Shown: positions 18,452 through 28,270 of the stretch, piece after piece
Position numbering within the stretch: the first letter of the stretch is position 1
Layout: every line of letters starts with the position of its first letter
Source of the DNA: Candidatus Saccharimonadales bacterium
Lineage (GTDB): Bacteria > Patescibacteriota > Saccharimonadia > Saccharimonadales > UBA10212
Length of the DNA stretch: 64,000 nt
Direction: 5' to 3'
NCBI GenBank assembly: GCA_040900055.1
Contig: JBBDZU010000007.1
Location: forward strand, 25,831 to 89,830
Position numbers and translations under genes: made by a program
The notes under the pieces: model-generated
What the model saw: only the letters and a program-made list of their open reading frames with translations
Database searches by the model: none
Told to the model about the DNA's origin: nothing

Positions 18452-21400
18452 ATGGCCAAGGCCGAGTTAAAACTCAAAGCTTCCGATTTCGTACACCTTC
18501 ATGTCCATACCCAGTACAGCTTGCTGGATGGTTTAACTAAAGTTCCAGCATTAACCGACAAGGTTAAGCAAATGGGGATGGAGGCAGTTGCTATAACCGA
18601 TCATGGCACCATGAGCGGCGCCATAGAATTTTATAAAGAAGCCGTTTCTGCCGATATCAAACCCCTGGTTGGCATGGAGGCCTATGTATCCCCCAGGGCG
18701 TTAGCCGACAAAGACCCAGCTTTTGATAAGCAGTACTATCACTTAACTTTGCTTGCTACCAACTTCACCGGTTACCAAAATCTCATGAAGCTAGCTACCC
18801 TAGCAAGCTTGGAGGGTTTTTACTATAAACCGCGCATTGACCGTCAAACCCTGGCCGCCCATTCTGATGGCATTATCGCTCTTTCGGGATGTATTGGCGG
18901 AGAGCTAAGCGACGCGCTACGGCAAGGGCAACAAACTAAAGCTCAGCAGATCATAGCCTGGTATAAAGAAGTTTTTAAAGACCGATATTACATAGAACTG
19001 GCCGATCACGGCCACCCCAAACACCTTTCAGCCTGGGCTGACCAAACAAGGGTTAATCAACAATTGCTAGCGCTAGCCAAACAATATGAGCTACCGGCAG
19101 TAGTCACCGGCGATGCCCACTACTTAAATCATGAAGATAAAGATGCACATGAGGCTCTACTTTGCATCCAAACCGGTGCATTCGTGGCAGATGAAAACCG
19201 CTTTAGCCTTAAAGATTTTCAATTGCATGTGGCCGACCCGGCGGAAATTATCAGCCGATGGGGCAGAGAGCATCCGGAACTTATTTTAAATACCAAAAAA
19301 ATCGCCGACCGCTGCAATTTGAAGCTAGAGTTCGATAAAATCTTAATTCCAAAATTTCCCACGCCGGCAGGCGAGACCGAAAAGACGCTGCTTCAAAAGC
19401 AAGTCTGGCAAGGACTGGTCTGGCGCTACCAAGCCTTAAGTCGCGCAGGAGCGGCCGCGATAAGCGTGCCTGCGGCCAAAAAAATGCTATCACCGGAAAT
19501 TGTCCAAAGAGCGGAATTCGAACTCGATGTGGTCGATCGCATGGGCTTTAACGGTTATTTTTTAATTGTCGCCGATTTTATTAACTGGGGGAAAGACCGC
19601 GGTATTGTTTTTGGGCCTGGCCGCGGCAGCGCTGCTAGTTCCATCATGGCTTACGCTACCCGAATTACTGAAATTGAGCCCTTAAAGTACGACCTGCTTT
19701 TTGAGCGTTTTTTAAATCCGGATCGAATCAGTATGCCAGATATGGATATAGATATTCAGGACAACCGGCGAGACGAGGTGATTAACTACTGCATAGAAAA
19801 ATACGGACGCGACCGGGTGGCCAATATAGTTACTTTTGGCAGGATGGCGGCTAGAAACTCGGTGCGTGATGTGGCCAGGGTTTTGCAAGTTCCGTACGCC
19901 GAGGCTGACCGCCTAGCTAAAATGATACCGCTGCCTATCCAGGGGCGGCACACGTCTTTAAGCCAGCATCTAAAGGAAGTTGCCGAACTAAAGGCCGAAC
20001 AAGCCAACAATCCAGCAGCTTCGCGAGTGTTTGAACTGGCCATCAAACTAGAAGGTACAATTCGCAGCCATGGTGTCCATGCAGCCGGAGTGGTAATCGC
20101 GCCGGATGACATCGTAGAGTTCGTGCCACTGGAAATGGCTCAAAAAGGCGTAGTCGCTACCCAATATTCAATGTTGCCGATTGAAGATTTAGGACTTTTA
20201 AAAATTGATTTCTTAGGTTTGTCTAACCTAACCACTATCAAAAATGCCCTGCGCATTATTAAAAAAGTTTACGGTAAGGATATAGATATCTCATCTGTTC
20301 CCATGGACGACGAAAAAACCTTCAAGTTGTTGCAAGCTGGCGAAACAACCGGTGTTTTTCAGCTGGAATCAGCTGGCATGCGACGCTATCTTAAGCAACT
20401 AAAGCCTACGGTTTTCGAAGATATTATTGCCATGGTGGCGCTTTACCGTCCAGGTCCCATGCAATGGATCGAGGATTTTATCTCGAGAAAGCATGGCCAA
20501 AAACAAATCACCTATCTACATCCTGTGATGGAAGCTGCCTTAAAAAATACCTACGGCGTTATTGTTTACCAAGAACAAGTAATGCAAATTAGCAAAGACC
20601 TTTGTGGATTTACCGGCGGCCAAGCCGACACTTTACGAAAAGGTATTGCTAAGAAGATCCCCGAAGTTTTAGCCAAAATGAAAAAACAATTCATCGAAGG
20701 TGCTGTCTCCCACTCGGGTGCCGACAAAAAAGCCATGGAAAGATTTTGGGTGCAACTGGAGGAATTTGCGGCTTATTGCTTCAACAAAGTGCATTCAGCC
20801 TGCTACGGCCTAATAGCCTACCAAACAGCCTATTTAAAAGCTCACTTTCCGACGGCCTTTATGGCGGCCTTAATGACTAGCGATTATGACAATATCGACC
20901 GGCTAGCTATAGAGATTACCGAATGTCAGCACATGGGCCTTGAGGTATTACCGCCCGACATAAACCAGTCGTTCCATGAGTTTGCAGTGGTGCCAAACAC
21001 AGTCCAAATCCGCTTTGGTTTAGATGCTATTAAAAATGTGGGGTTTGGTGCGGTAGAGGAGATTCTCCGAGCTCGGTTAGCGTTAGGCGGGCGTTTTGAG
21101 TCACTTGAGGCTTACTCTAAAGAAGTTGATCCGCGAATTGTTAACCGCAAAGCCCTAGAAAGTCTTATCAAGGCAGGTGCCTTTGATAGTTTTGCGGAAA
21201 GGTTCAGCTTAGTTAACAATATCGACGGCATTTTAGCGCTATCAAATCAGTTTCACAAAAATGTGGCTTCTGGCCAAACCGAAATGTTTGGGGACATGGC
21301 CGGTCAAGTAATGACTGCCAAATTTAAGCTCGAGGTTTCAGACTCCGAGGAGATATCTGATTCTATCCAGCTAGAGTGGGAAAGACAGCTGCTTGGTATC

Positions 21401-22036
21401 TATCTAACTAAGCACCCCCTGGCAAGTTATGAAAAATTGCTGGCCGACCAAACTATGCCTATAACTTCTTTGGCTTCGGCCTCTGAGGGTTCAAGTGTTA
21501 AGGTTGGCGGGGTAATTACCGAAATTCGCGAGATTACTACCAAAACAGGTGCCAAAATGGCTTTTGTTAAGCTGGCCGATATTTCCGCAGAAATAGAGAT
21601 TGTAGTTTTCCCTAAAGTCTACAAACACTCTTTCGACGTTTGGCAACGAGACAAAGTGGTAATTGTAGCTGGCGAAATCGGTCGTGGGCGGGCAGGTTCC
21701 GGCTCGGAAATGAGCCTGCTGGCTAGGGAAGTAAAAACCGTTAACCTAGACGAAGCAGCTAATTATCAGCCAACCCGGTCTTCTAAATCAGCAGAGGCAG
21801 TTGCGCAGGCGTCACCACGCCTTTACATAAAATTAAGCGATCCCAAGAATGAATCGTCACTGGTAACGCTGAAAAAGAAACTCGATGGTCACCAGGGAGA
21901 AACTGAAGTCGTTTTAGTAACCGGCCAAAACACTCAGCGCAAAATTATTAAATTACCGCAAACGGTCAGTGTTAACGAGCAAAGTCTTCGCGATATTGCT
22001 TCAATTTTTGGCTCGACAAACGTCGTAGTTAAATAA
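18452..22036 (+). CDS. dnaE: DNA polymerase III alpha subunit
   Basis: PHP domain (HLHVHTQYSLLDG), polymerase core (GRGSAA, PDMDIDI) and an OB fold near the C-terminus. 1194 aa. Confidence 0.97.
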   Translation: MAKAELKLKASDFVHLHVHTQYSLLDGLTKVPALTDKVKQMGMEAVAITDHGTMSGAIEFYKEAVSADIKPLVGMEAYVSPRALADKDPAFDKQYYHLTLLATNFTGYQNLMKLATLASLEGFYYKPRIDRQTLAAHSDGIIALSGCIGGELSDALRQGQQTKAQQIIAWYKEVFKDRYYIELADHGHPKHLSAWADQTRVNQQLLALAKQYELPAVVTGDAHYLNHEDKDAHEALLCIQTGAFVADENRFSLKDFQLHVADPAEIISRWGREHPELILNTKKIADRCNLKLEFDKILIPKFPTPAGETEKTLLQKQVWQGLVWRYQALSRAGAAAISVPAAKKMLSPEIVQRAEFELDVVDRMGFNGYFLIVADFINWGKDRGIVFGPGRGSAASSIMAYATRITEIEPLKYDLLFERFLNPDRISMPDMDIDIQDNRRDEVINYCIEKYGRDRVANIVTFGRMAARNSVRDVARVLQVPYAEADRLAKMIPLPIQGRHTSLSQHLKEVAELKAEQANNPAASRVFELAIKLEGTIRSHGVHAAGVVIAPDDIVEFVPLEMAQKGVVATQYSMLPIEDLGLLKIDFLGLSNLTTIKNALRIIKKVYGKDIDISSVPMDDEKTFKLLQAGETTGVFQLESAGMRRYLKQLKPTVFEDIIAMVALYRPGPMQWIEDFISRKHGQKQITYLHPVMEAALKNTYGVIVYQEQVMQISKDLCGFTGGQADTLRKGIAKKIPEVLAKMKKQFIEGAVSHSGADKKAMERFWVQLEEFAAYCFNKVHSACYGLIAYQTAYLKAHFPTAFMAALMTSDYDNIDRLAIEITECQHMGLEVLPPDINQSFHEFAVVPNTVQIRFGLDAIKNVGFGAVEEILRARLALGGRFESLEAYSKEVDPRIVNRKALESLIKAGAFDSFAERFSLVNNIDGILALSNQFHKNVASGQTEMFGDMAGQVMTAKFKLEVSDSEEISDSIQLEWERQLLGIYLTKHPLASYEKLLADQTMPITSLASASEGSSVKVGGVITEIREITTKTGAKMAFVKLADISAEIEIVVFPKVYKHSFDVWQRDKVVIVAGEIGRGRAGSGSEMSLLAREVKTVNLDEAANYQPTRSSKSAEAVAQASPRLYIKLSDPKNESSLVTLKKKLDGHQGETEVVLVTGQNTQRKIIKLPQTVSVNEQSLRDIASIFGSTNVVVK

Positions 22037-22046
22037 CTAGAGTCGT

Positions 22047-22991
22047 TTACTGAACAAAGCCGCTAGAGCGGCTAACAATAAATAACAAGGCGACTATTAA
22101 AATCAAACTAATATCCACCAGTGGATGGCGGACTACAAATTTTTCACCGTGGACTACGGCTCTACGAATAGCAAACAGATGGCGACTTGCCCATGTCACG
22201 GCAATTATTGATAACGCACCAATGGCTATGACAGTTCCAAATCTAGAGATATAAAAATCCGATAAAGCTAGCTGGGCAGGCGAGATGGCAGTAGCGGCCG
22301 GCGCCACAGCCGTCTCGGTATTAGCCGGCTGGGCGTCGTTTTCCGCGGGTGGAGTTTCGGCTGCAGCCAGCCCGGTCGGTTGGCCGTAAAAAGCTACGGT
22401 AATGGTAGCTGGGCTACCGCCGGCGGCCGTAAATGTAGGGTTATTAGCAAAGCCGAAGCCGACTTCATAGTAGCTTGGGTCTAAAACGTTTTGGCGGTGG
22501 GGCGGAGAAGCCATCCAGCCTTTGACGGACAACTCCTCATTAGCAAAACCAGCTGCCAAATTCTCGCCTAGTTTTTGGTAGGCATATCCAAAAGACTCTA
22601 CAAATATCCACGGCAGTTGGCCGTCTGGGGTGTTGTGGCTCCAATAATTTCGGTCGGCCATGTCTTTGGCCTTGGCGTAGGCGGCGGCATTTAGCTTGGA
22701 GTTAAAGCGTAAAGGCTGTAAGCCATTGGCAACTCTCTGCTCGTTGGTAGCAGCCAGCAACCGGGCACTATCGGTGCTTACGGCGTAGGCTAGCACCCGG
22801 CTATTACCCGGGTTATCTAAATTGGCAGTAATGGCGCCGCTCTTCGCCGAAAAAATAAACAAAATTCCAATGACAGCCAAGAGCGGTAAATACGGCCAAT
22901 AAACCCGTTCAAAGGCTGGCAGTCTTACACCTTTTGGCACGTATTTTTGGTGCGATATCCGGTCTCGAGGGTCTTTTATTTTGGCTGTCAT
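22047..22991 (-). CDS. CAP/SCP-domain protein flanked by transmembrane segments
   Basis: CAP core: NYWSHNTPDG...GENLAAGF...GWMASPPHRQNVL..YYEVGFG. One N-terminal and two C-terminal hydrophobic helices. Confidence 0.8.
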   Translation of the reverse strand: MTAKIKDPRDRISHQKYVPKGVRLPAFERVYWPYLPLLAVIGILFIFSAKSGAITANLDNPGNSRVLAYAVSTDSARLLAATNEQRVANGLQPLRFNSKLNAAAYAKAKDMADRNYWSHNTPDGQLPWIFVESFGYAYQKLGENLAAGFANEELSVKGWMASPPHRQNVLDPSYYEVGFGFANNPTFTAAGGSPATITVAFYGQPTGLAAAETPPAENDAQPANTETAVAPAATAISPAQLALSDFYISRFGTVIAIGALSIIAVTWASRHLFAIRRAVVHGEKFVVRHPLVDISLILIVALLFIVSRSSGFVQ

Positions 22992-23030
22992 TTTAGGTCT
23001 ATTATACCTTTCAGTCTGGTTTTAACAAGC

Positions 23031-23528
23031 TTATGGTTTGAACCGTAAATGATATAAAGCAATGGCCGCTGCTATCGAAACATTCAAGGATTCTTTAGCA
23101 CCAAACATAGGTATAGCAAGCTCAATATCACAAAGCGCTATAACCTCTTTTGGCAAGCCGCCCACTTCGCTGCCGCAAACCAAAGCAATATCGCCAGCAG
23201 GTGTAAACTCCTGAAGCGTCATAGCATTTGGTGTCTGCTCTAAAGCGGCAACTTGGTAGCCCCCTTTTTTCAATCTGGAGATAGCAGCCTCTACATCTTT
23301 CATATAATGCCACTTTACGGTAGTCTCAGCCCCCAAGGCTGTTTTTTTAATTCGCCGGTCAGTCTTATCGGCTAGGTGGGGCAGGCGTGGATCATTGTCC
23401 ATTTTTGGGTAGGGAGTATAGCCCGTCAAATACACAGACTCCGCTCCAAGACCATCGGCTGTGCGAAGGATACTGCCTACGTTATGGCTGGAGCGAACAT
23501 TATGGACCACTAAAGCAATCCTACTCAT
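23031..23528 (-). CDS. SpoU/TrmH-family RNA 2'-O-methyltransferase
   Basis: HNVGSILRTADGLG, GSEVGGLP and LNVSIAAAIALYH motifs. 165 aa. Confidence 0.88.
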   Translation of the reverse strand: MSRIALVVHNVRSSHNVGSILRTADGLGAESVYLTGYTPYPKMDNDPRLPHLADKTDRRIKKTALGAETTVKWHYMKDVEAAISRLKKGGYQVAALEQTPNAMTLQEFTPAGDIALVCGSEVGGLPKEVIALCDIELAIPMFGAKESLNVSIAAAIALYHLRFKP

Positions 23529-23614
23529 GCCTTTAGCTTAAAGCCAAAGCAATCACCATCAAAGCACCGGCATTTAAGGCTAAGTGCTCATGCTTTATAC
23601 TTAAGCTTTAGAAT

Positions 23615-25219
23615 ATGCCCCAAGACGCAAGAACTGCCGAAGAACAAACTGTTGCTCGCCGAGCTTTAGCGCTGGGTATGGATTATGTCGACACCAGCAA
23701 GGTCCAAAAACAGCTCTTTAAAAACATCCTGCCGGTTAGCGAACTCTACAACCTCAAAATTATCCCTCTAGTGGCCGACGAACACAACATTCACTTTGGC
23801 ATTACTACCACCACCTCTCAGCAAACTATAAACCAATTGCACCAGCGTTTTACAGATCAGCGACTAAAGTTTTCTATAATCTCCGAGACCGGCTTCAAGG
23901 ATTACATAAAGCTTTACGATCCGCCCAAAGAAGTTGACTATCAAGACATAGCCATAAGCGCCAGCAGTGACGCCCGCGACAAAATGGTCTCTGAGGTCAG
24001 TTCCACTCTTGATCAGGTCCGCCCAGACGACATGCTAGCTTATTTGGTCAGTCAGGCTTACAAGTTAGGGGCTAGCGACATTCACTTAGAGATGCAGCGC
24101 GAAAATGTTCGGATCCGTTTTAGGGTGGACGGCGTTTTGCATCCAGTAGCGCAAGCTACTTTGGAAAAGTACCGACACCTAACGGCAGCCATTGCCTCTG
24201 CTGCCAACATTTCTACATCGGCTAAAGAGGCCCAAACTGGCCACATCAGCCGAAGCTACCGGTTGGCTACCGGCGAGGACGTGGTTCTTAACCTAAGGGT
24301 AGAGGCCGTGCCAACGGCTTACGGTATGGATATAGTCATGCGCCTGTTCAATATCAGCCTAGAGATGTTTAAGTTAAAAAACTTAGGTCTAAGCGAGCAA
24401 GAGTTCAAAGTGGTTAACCATGTTATAAATCATCCTACTGGCCTGGTTTTAATCGTGGGCCCTACTGGTTCTGGCAAAACTACCACGCTTTATTCGCTCA
24501 TTAACACTTTAAATACTCCTGAGCGCAAAATCATAACCTTGGAGGACCCGGTCGAGTTTAATATCCCAGGCGTGGTCCAAATACCAGTCGAAGGAGCCAT
24601 AGAAGGCCGGGACTTTGCCGAGAAATTGCGGGCCGTCTTAAGGCTCGACCCAGATGTAGTAATGGTGGGCGAAATTCGCGACGAAGACACTGCCAAAACG
24701 TCGTTGCAAGCAGCCCTTACCGGCCACCTAGTCCTAAGCACTTTCCACGGCTCTTCAGCTGCAGCCGCCCTAACTCGTCTTTTGGATATGATTGGTATTA
24801 ATCCGCTTTTTGCCAGCGCTATGCATCTAGTTATGGCCCAGCGGCTGGTCCGTCGGCTGGATGATGCTACCAAACAGGCTTATCAGCCCGACCAGGCGCT
24901 GAAGGCCCAGCTGCAAAAAGTTATCGATTCTTTGCCGGCCAGCATCTCTAAGCCGGACCTTAGTAACATCACGCTTTATAAACCCGGTAGCAGTCCCACT
25001 AATCCTTTTGGCTATAGCGGCCAGCTGGCTATTCGCGAACAATTGTCCATGACGCCTGGCATTCAACAATTACTGCGGTTGCCACCCAACCAAGTTACTA
25101 CCGAAATGCTCCAAGCCAAAGCCGTCGAAGAAGGCATGCAAACTATGCTGCAAGACGGAGTCTTAAAGGCTCTAGCCGGGCTAACTAGTTTAGAGGAAGT
25201 CTACCGAGTAGTTGGATAG
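23615..25219 (+). CDS. pilB: type IV pilus / type II secretion ATPase (GspE/PilB family)
   Basis: GPTGSGKTTTLYS Walker A, TLEDPVE Asp box, VGEIRD Walker B and STFHGSSAA His box. N-terminal T2SSE_N-like region. Confidence 0.9.
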   Translation: MPQDARTAEEQTVARRALALGMDYVDTSKVQKQLFKNILPVSELYNLKIIPLVADEHNIHFGITTTTSQQTINQLHQRFTDQRLKFSIISETGFKDYIKLYDPPKEVDYQDIAISASSDARDKMVSEVSSTLDQVRPDDMLAYLVSQAYKLGASDIHLEMQRENVRIRFRVDGVLHPVAQATLEKYRHLTAAIASAANISTSAKEAQTGHISRSYRLATGEDVVLNLRVEAVPTAYGMDIVMRLFNISLEMFKLKNLGLSEQEFKVVNHVINHPTGLVLIVGPTGSGKTTTLYSLINTLNTPERKIITLEDPVEFNIPGVVQIPVEGAIEGRDFAEKLRAVLRLDPDVVMVGEIRDEDTAKTSLQAALTGHLVLSTFHGSSAAAALTRLLDMIGINPLFASAMHLVMAQRLVRRLDDATKQAYQPDQALKAQLQKVIDSLPASISKPDLSNITLYKPGSSPTNPFGYSGQLAIREQLSMTPGIQQLLRLPPNQVTTEMLQAKAVEEGMQTMLQDGVLKALAGLTSLEEVYRVVG

Positions 25220-25515
25220 TAGCTATTCTTTTATTTTCAGCTTCAATCTCTAAGCGTTTTTGCTCCCAAGGGGGCGGGTCATCAACTTCTCTTTTATCAT
25301 GAACACCTTCTCTTACCAATGCTTCAATTTCTAAAGATCTTCCAGGGAAAGATATGCCCGTAAAAAAAATTGTAGGGACTATCATAAGTTCCAAAATAAT
25401 AGGCCCGTCCGTCAGGGTATACGCGCACCGGTTCTGCTTCTTGTTGCATCTAAGTAACTTTACCATATCTCCAGATTGAAGTGAGACCATTTTTGCTGTA
25501 GGATATATCAGTCCT

Positions 25516-26082
25516 ATGCAAAGTGTTATTCAGCAAATCGAGGCTAAAAGTAAGAAAGCCAAAGTCGCCGATATAAGAAGCGGCGACACCGTTAAAGTCC
25601 ACCAAAAAGTTAAAGAAGGTGGCAAAGAGCGCATTCAGATCTTTGAAGGCCTAGTTATAAAAACCAGCCGCAAAAACAGTCTAACCAGCCGAATTACTGT
25701 TAGGCGCATTGCAAGCGGTATAGGGGTAGAAAAAACTTATCTTATTCATTCGCCAACCGTTACTAAAGTAGAAATTATCAAGCGCAGCAAAGTCCGCCGA
25801 AATTATCTAAGCTACATGCGCGGACTGCGAGGAAAGGGAGCTAGGTTAACAGGATTAGATCTTGATTTAAGCTCTGTTAATGTTGCCCACGACGAGGCAG
25901 CCGAAGCCGAAGAGGCCAAAATCAAAAAAGAACAGGCCGAAAGCTATGATCCAGAGGCCGCCAAGGCCGAAAAAGCAGCCGAAAAAGCCGAAGCTACTGC
26001 TGCAGCTGCCGAGACCGCAAAACCGGAGGCCGAAAGCCCAAAGCCAGAAGCAGAATCGCCAAAGCCAGATACCGAAAAATAA
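25516..26082 (+). CDS. rplS: 50S ribosomal protein L19 with ~70-aa A/E/K/P-rich C-terminal extension
   Basis: The L19 core (GDTVKVHQKVKEGGKERIQIFEGLVI...RRNYLSYMRGLRGK) fills the first ~115 aa. A low-complexity tail follows, ending KPEAESPKPEAESPKPDTEK. Confidence 0.93.
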   Translation: MQSVIQQIEAKSKKAKVADIRSGDTVKVHQKVKEGGKERIQIFEGLVIKTSRKNSLTSRITVRRIASGIGVEKTYLIHSPTVTKVEIIKRSKVRRNYLSYMRGLRGKGARLTGLDLDLSSVNVAHDEAAEAEEAKIKKEQAESYDPEAAKAEKAAEKAEATAAAAETAKPEAESPKPEAESPKPDTEK

Positions 26083-26118
26083 CTAGACCCTACAAACTAA
26101 AAACTATAACCTATTTAT

Positions 26119-26697
26119 ATGGTTGGGATTGATGAGGTGGGCAGGGGATGTTTGGCAGGGCCACTTTTGGTTGTGGCTGCCCGCCAAACAGGCATAACGC
26201 CGGATGGACTTGTCGACTCTAAACTCCTAACGCGGATGCAGCGTGAAGCTATGTACGACAGACTTGCTCCTAACTACGAATTCGGTGAAGGTTGGGTATC
26301 TGCCACTGAAATTGATCGTCGAGGCTTAACTTCTGCAATGAAGCTAGGCGTCAAACGCGCTTTAAGAAGCTTAAGAGCAGATCATCAAGAAGAAGTTATC
26401 ATGGACGGCCCTATTAATTATCTGCCCAAGTCCTTCAAAAAAGTACAATGCCTAATCGATGCCGACATGACAGTTTCTCTAGTCTCAGCGGCCTCTATCT
26501 ACGCCAAAGTTACGCGTGACCGTTATATGGTTGAACTGGCCCGCCGCCATCCGCGCTATGGCTTTGAGAGCCACGTAGGCTATGGAACGCCCGATCATCT
26601 TAGCGCGCTAGATAAGTTCGGCTCACTTAAGAAGGTGCACCGACAATTTTTTGAGCCCATATACCAACTTTCTCATCAGACAAAGTCGCTGTTATGA
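26119..26697 (+). CDS. rnhB: ribonuclease HII
   Basis: GIDEVGRGCLAGPL catalytic motif and DSKLL. 192 aa. Confidence 0.92.
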   Translation: MVGIDEVGRGCLAGPLLVVAARQTGITPDGLVDSKLLTRMQREAMYDRLAPNYEFGEGWVSATEIDRRGLTSAMKLGVKRALRSLRADHQEEVIMDGPINYLPKSFKKVQCLIDADMTVSLVSAASIYAKVTRDRYMVELARRHPRYGFESHVGYGTPDHLSALDKFGSLKKVHRQFFEPIYQLSHQTKSLL

Positions 26698-27026
26698 CTC
26701 TAGGCGCTCAGGCCGAGGAAGCTGTCGCGAAAAAGCTCAAGAGCCAGGGTTACCAAATCTTGGCTCTAAATTGGAAAACCCGCATCTGCGAAATCGATAT
26801 AGTCGCAAAAAAAGACGACATTATATATTTTACTGAAGTTAAATATCGCAGTAGCTCCTCCCAAGGCAGCGGTTTTGATTACTTAACTCCTAAAAAGTTG
26901 TCTCAGCTCAAGTTCGCCGGCCGAGTCTGGACCCAAAATCAGCGCTGGGATGGCGACTGGCGTATCTTAGCCGCCCAAGTCTCTGGCCCAGACTTTTCTG
27001 ATATAGAAGTTACCGAGATAACATAA
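26694..27026 (+). CDS. yraN: YraN-family (UPF0102) endonuclease-like protein
   Basis: GAQAEEAVAKKLKSQGYQILALNWKTRICEIDIVAKK...FTEVKYR pattern. Start overlaps the rnhB stop (ATGA). Confidence 0.85.
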   Translation: MTLGAQAEEAVAKKLKSQGYQILALNWKTRICEIDIVAKKDDIIYFTEVKYRSSSSQGSGFDYLTPKKLSQLKFAGRVWTQNQRWDGDWRILAAQVSGPDFSDIEVTEIT

Positions 27027-27057
27027 GACAAAAGTTTTTTTGGGTATAATCAAATAA

Positions 27058-28269
27058 GTGAGTTACCAGCCATCGCCGGAAATTTTAGATAAATACGCCA
27101 AAGTAATGGTTAATTTTGCTTTAGGCGGCGGGCGGGGTGTTAAAGCTGGTGAGGTAGTCTATCTGCAGTCACCGCTGTCGGCTTTACCGTTTTATCGCGC
27201 GCTGCGTAAAGTCATCATCGATAGCGGCGGTCTAATTATCGGCAGCTTGGGTGACGATATGAGTGGCGCTGCAAAATATTTTTACAAGCACGCCACGCAC
27301 GAACAGCTAACGGCCTTTTTATCCAAGTATTACAAAGGGCTAGTGGCCCAGGTGGACCACCGCATAGCGATAATTGCCGATTTTGATGTTCACGAACTAG
27401 ACAATGTCGATCCTAAAAAATTAATGCTGTCTCAAAAAAGCGCCAAACCATTAATGGAGTGGTTCAACCAAAAAGAAAACCAAGGGCTATATACCTGGAG
27501 TCTAGCGCTTTACGGCACACCATCCATGGCCAAAGAAGCTGGTTTGTCGCTGGAAGATTACTGGCAACAAATCATCAATGCCTGTTATTTAGACCAAGCC
27601 GACCCAATTGCCAAGTGGGAGGCTACCTCAGCCGAGGTTCAAAGAGTTGCCAAAAAACTAACCAATCTACAAATTAAGACTCTGCATGTCAAGGGCCAAG
27701 ACGTAGATTTACATATAAATATTGGCGAAAAGCGTCAATGGCTAGGTGGCGGTGGTCGTAACATTCCAAGTTTTGAGGTCTTTACCTCGCCCGATTGGCG
27801 TGGCACCCAGGGCTGGATACGCTTTAACCAACCGCTTTATTACTACGGACCAAAAATTGAGAACATCGAACTGCACTTTAAAAAAGGTCGCGTGGTCAAA
27901 TTCTCGGCTACCAAAAACGAGAAACTGCTCAAAGAGGTACTAAATACCGACAAAGGCGCAGCCTGCGTAGGCGAGTACTCTCTAACCGACAAATGGCTGT
28001 CACGTATCACCAAATTTATGGCAGAGACACTATACGACGAGAACCTCGGCGGCCCCTTTGGCAACACCCACCTGGCAATCGGCAAATCCTATCACGACAC
28101 CTACACCGGCGACACTAAAAAGTTGCCCAAAAGCCTCCAGCGCCAACTAGGCTATAACGAATCAGTTATCCACGTAGATATGATCTCTACAACCGACAGG
28201 ACCGTCACTGCCGATCTGGCTGGCGGCGGCGTAAGAGTTATCTATAAAAACGGCCAATTTATAATCTAG
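27058..28269 (+). CDS. M29-family aminopeptidase (AmpS/PepS-like)
   Basis: N-terminal KYAKVMVNFALG...GEVV and C-terminal NTHLAIGKSY motifs of peptidase M29. GTG start 7 nt after TATAAT. Confidence 0.85.
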   Translation: MSYQPSPEILDKYAKVMVNFALGGGRGVKAGEVVYLQSPLSALPFYRALRKVIIDSGGLIIGSLGDDMSGAAKYFYKHATHEQLTAFLSKYYKGLVAQVDHRIAIIADFDVHELDNVDPKKLMLSQKSAKPLMEWFNQKENQGLYTWSLALYGTPSMAKEAGLSLEDYWQQIINACYLDQADPIAKWEATSAEVQRVAKKLTNLQIKTLHVKGQDVDLHINIGEKRQWLGGGGRNIPSFEVFTSPDWRGTQGWIRFNQPLYYYGPKIENIELHFKKGRVVKFSATKNEKLLKEVLNTDKGAACVGEYSLTDKWLSRITKFMAETLYDENLGGPFGNTHLAIGKSYHDTYTGDTKKLPKSLQRQLGYNESVIHVDMISTTDRTVTADLAGGGVRVIYKNGQFII

Positions 28270-28270
28270 G

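Noticed and set aside
25185-25490. 101-aa minus-strand ORF in the pilB-rplS spacer.
   Set aside because: It overlaps the pilB 3' end by 35 nt and has no Shine-Dalgarno. It also lacks the -10-to-ATG geometry seen at other genes here, and I recognise no motif. It cannot be excluded as a real small gene, but the sequence gives no positive support.
25880-26086. 68-aa alternative-frame ORF (P/K/R/Q-rich) inside the rplS tail.
   Set aside because: It is a by-product of the repetitive GCC/GAA/AAA composition of the L19 C-terminal extension and has no independent start signals.
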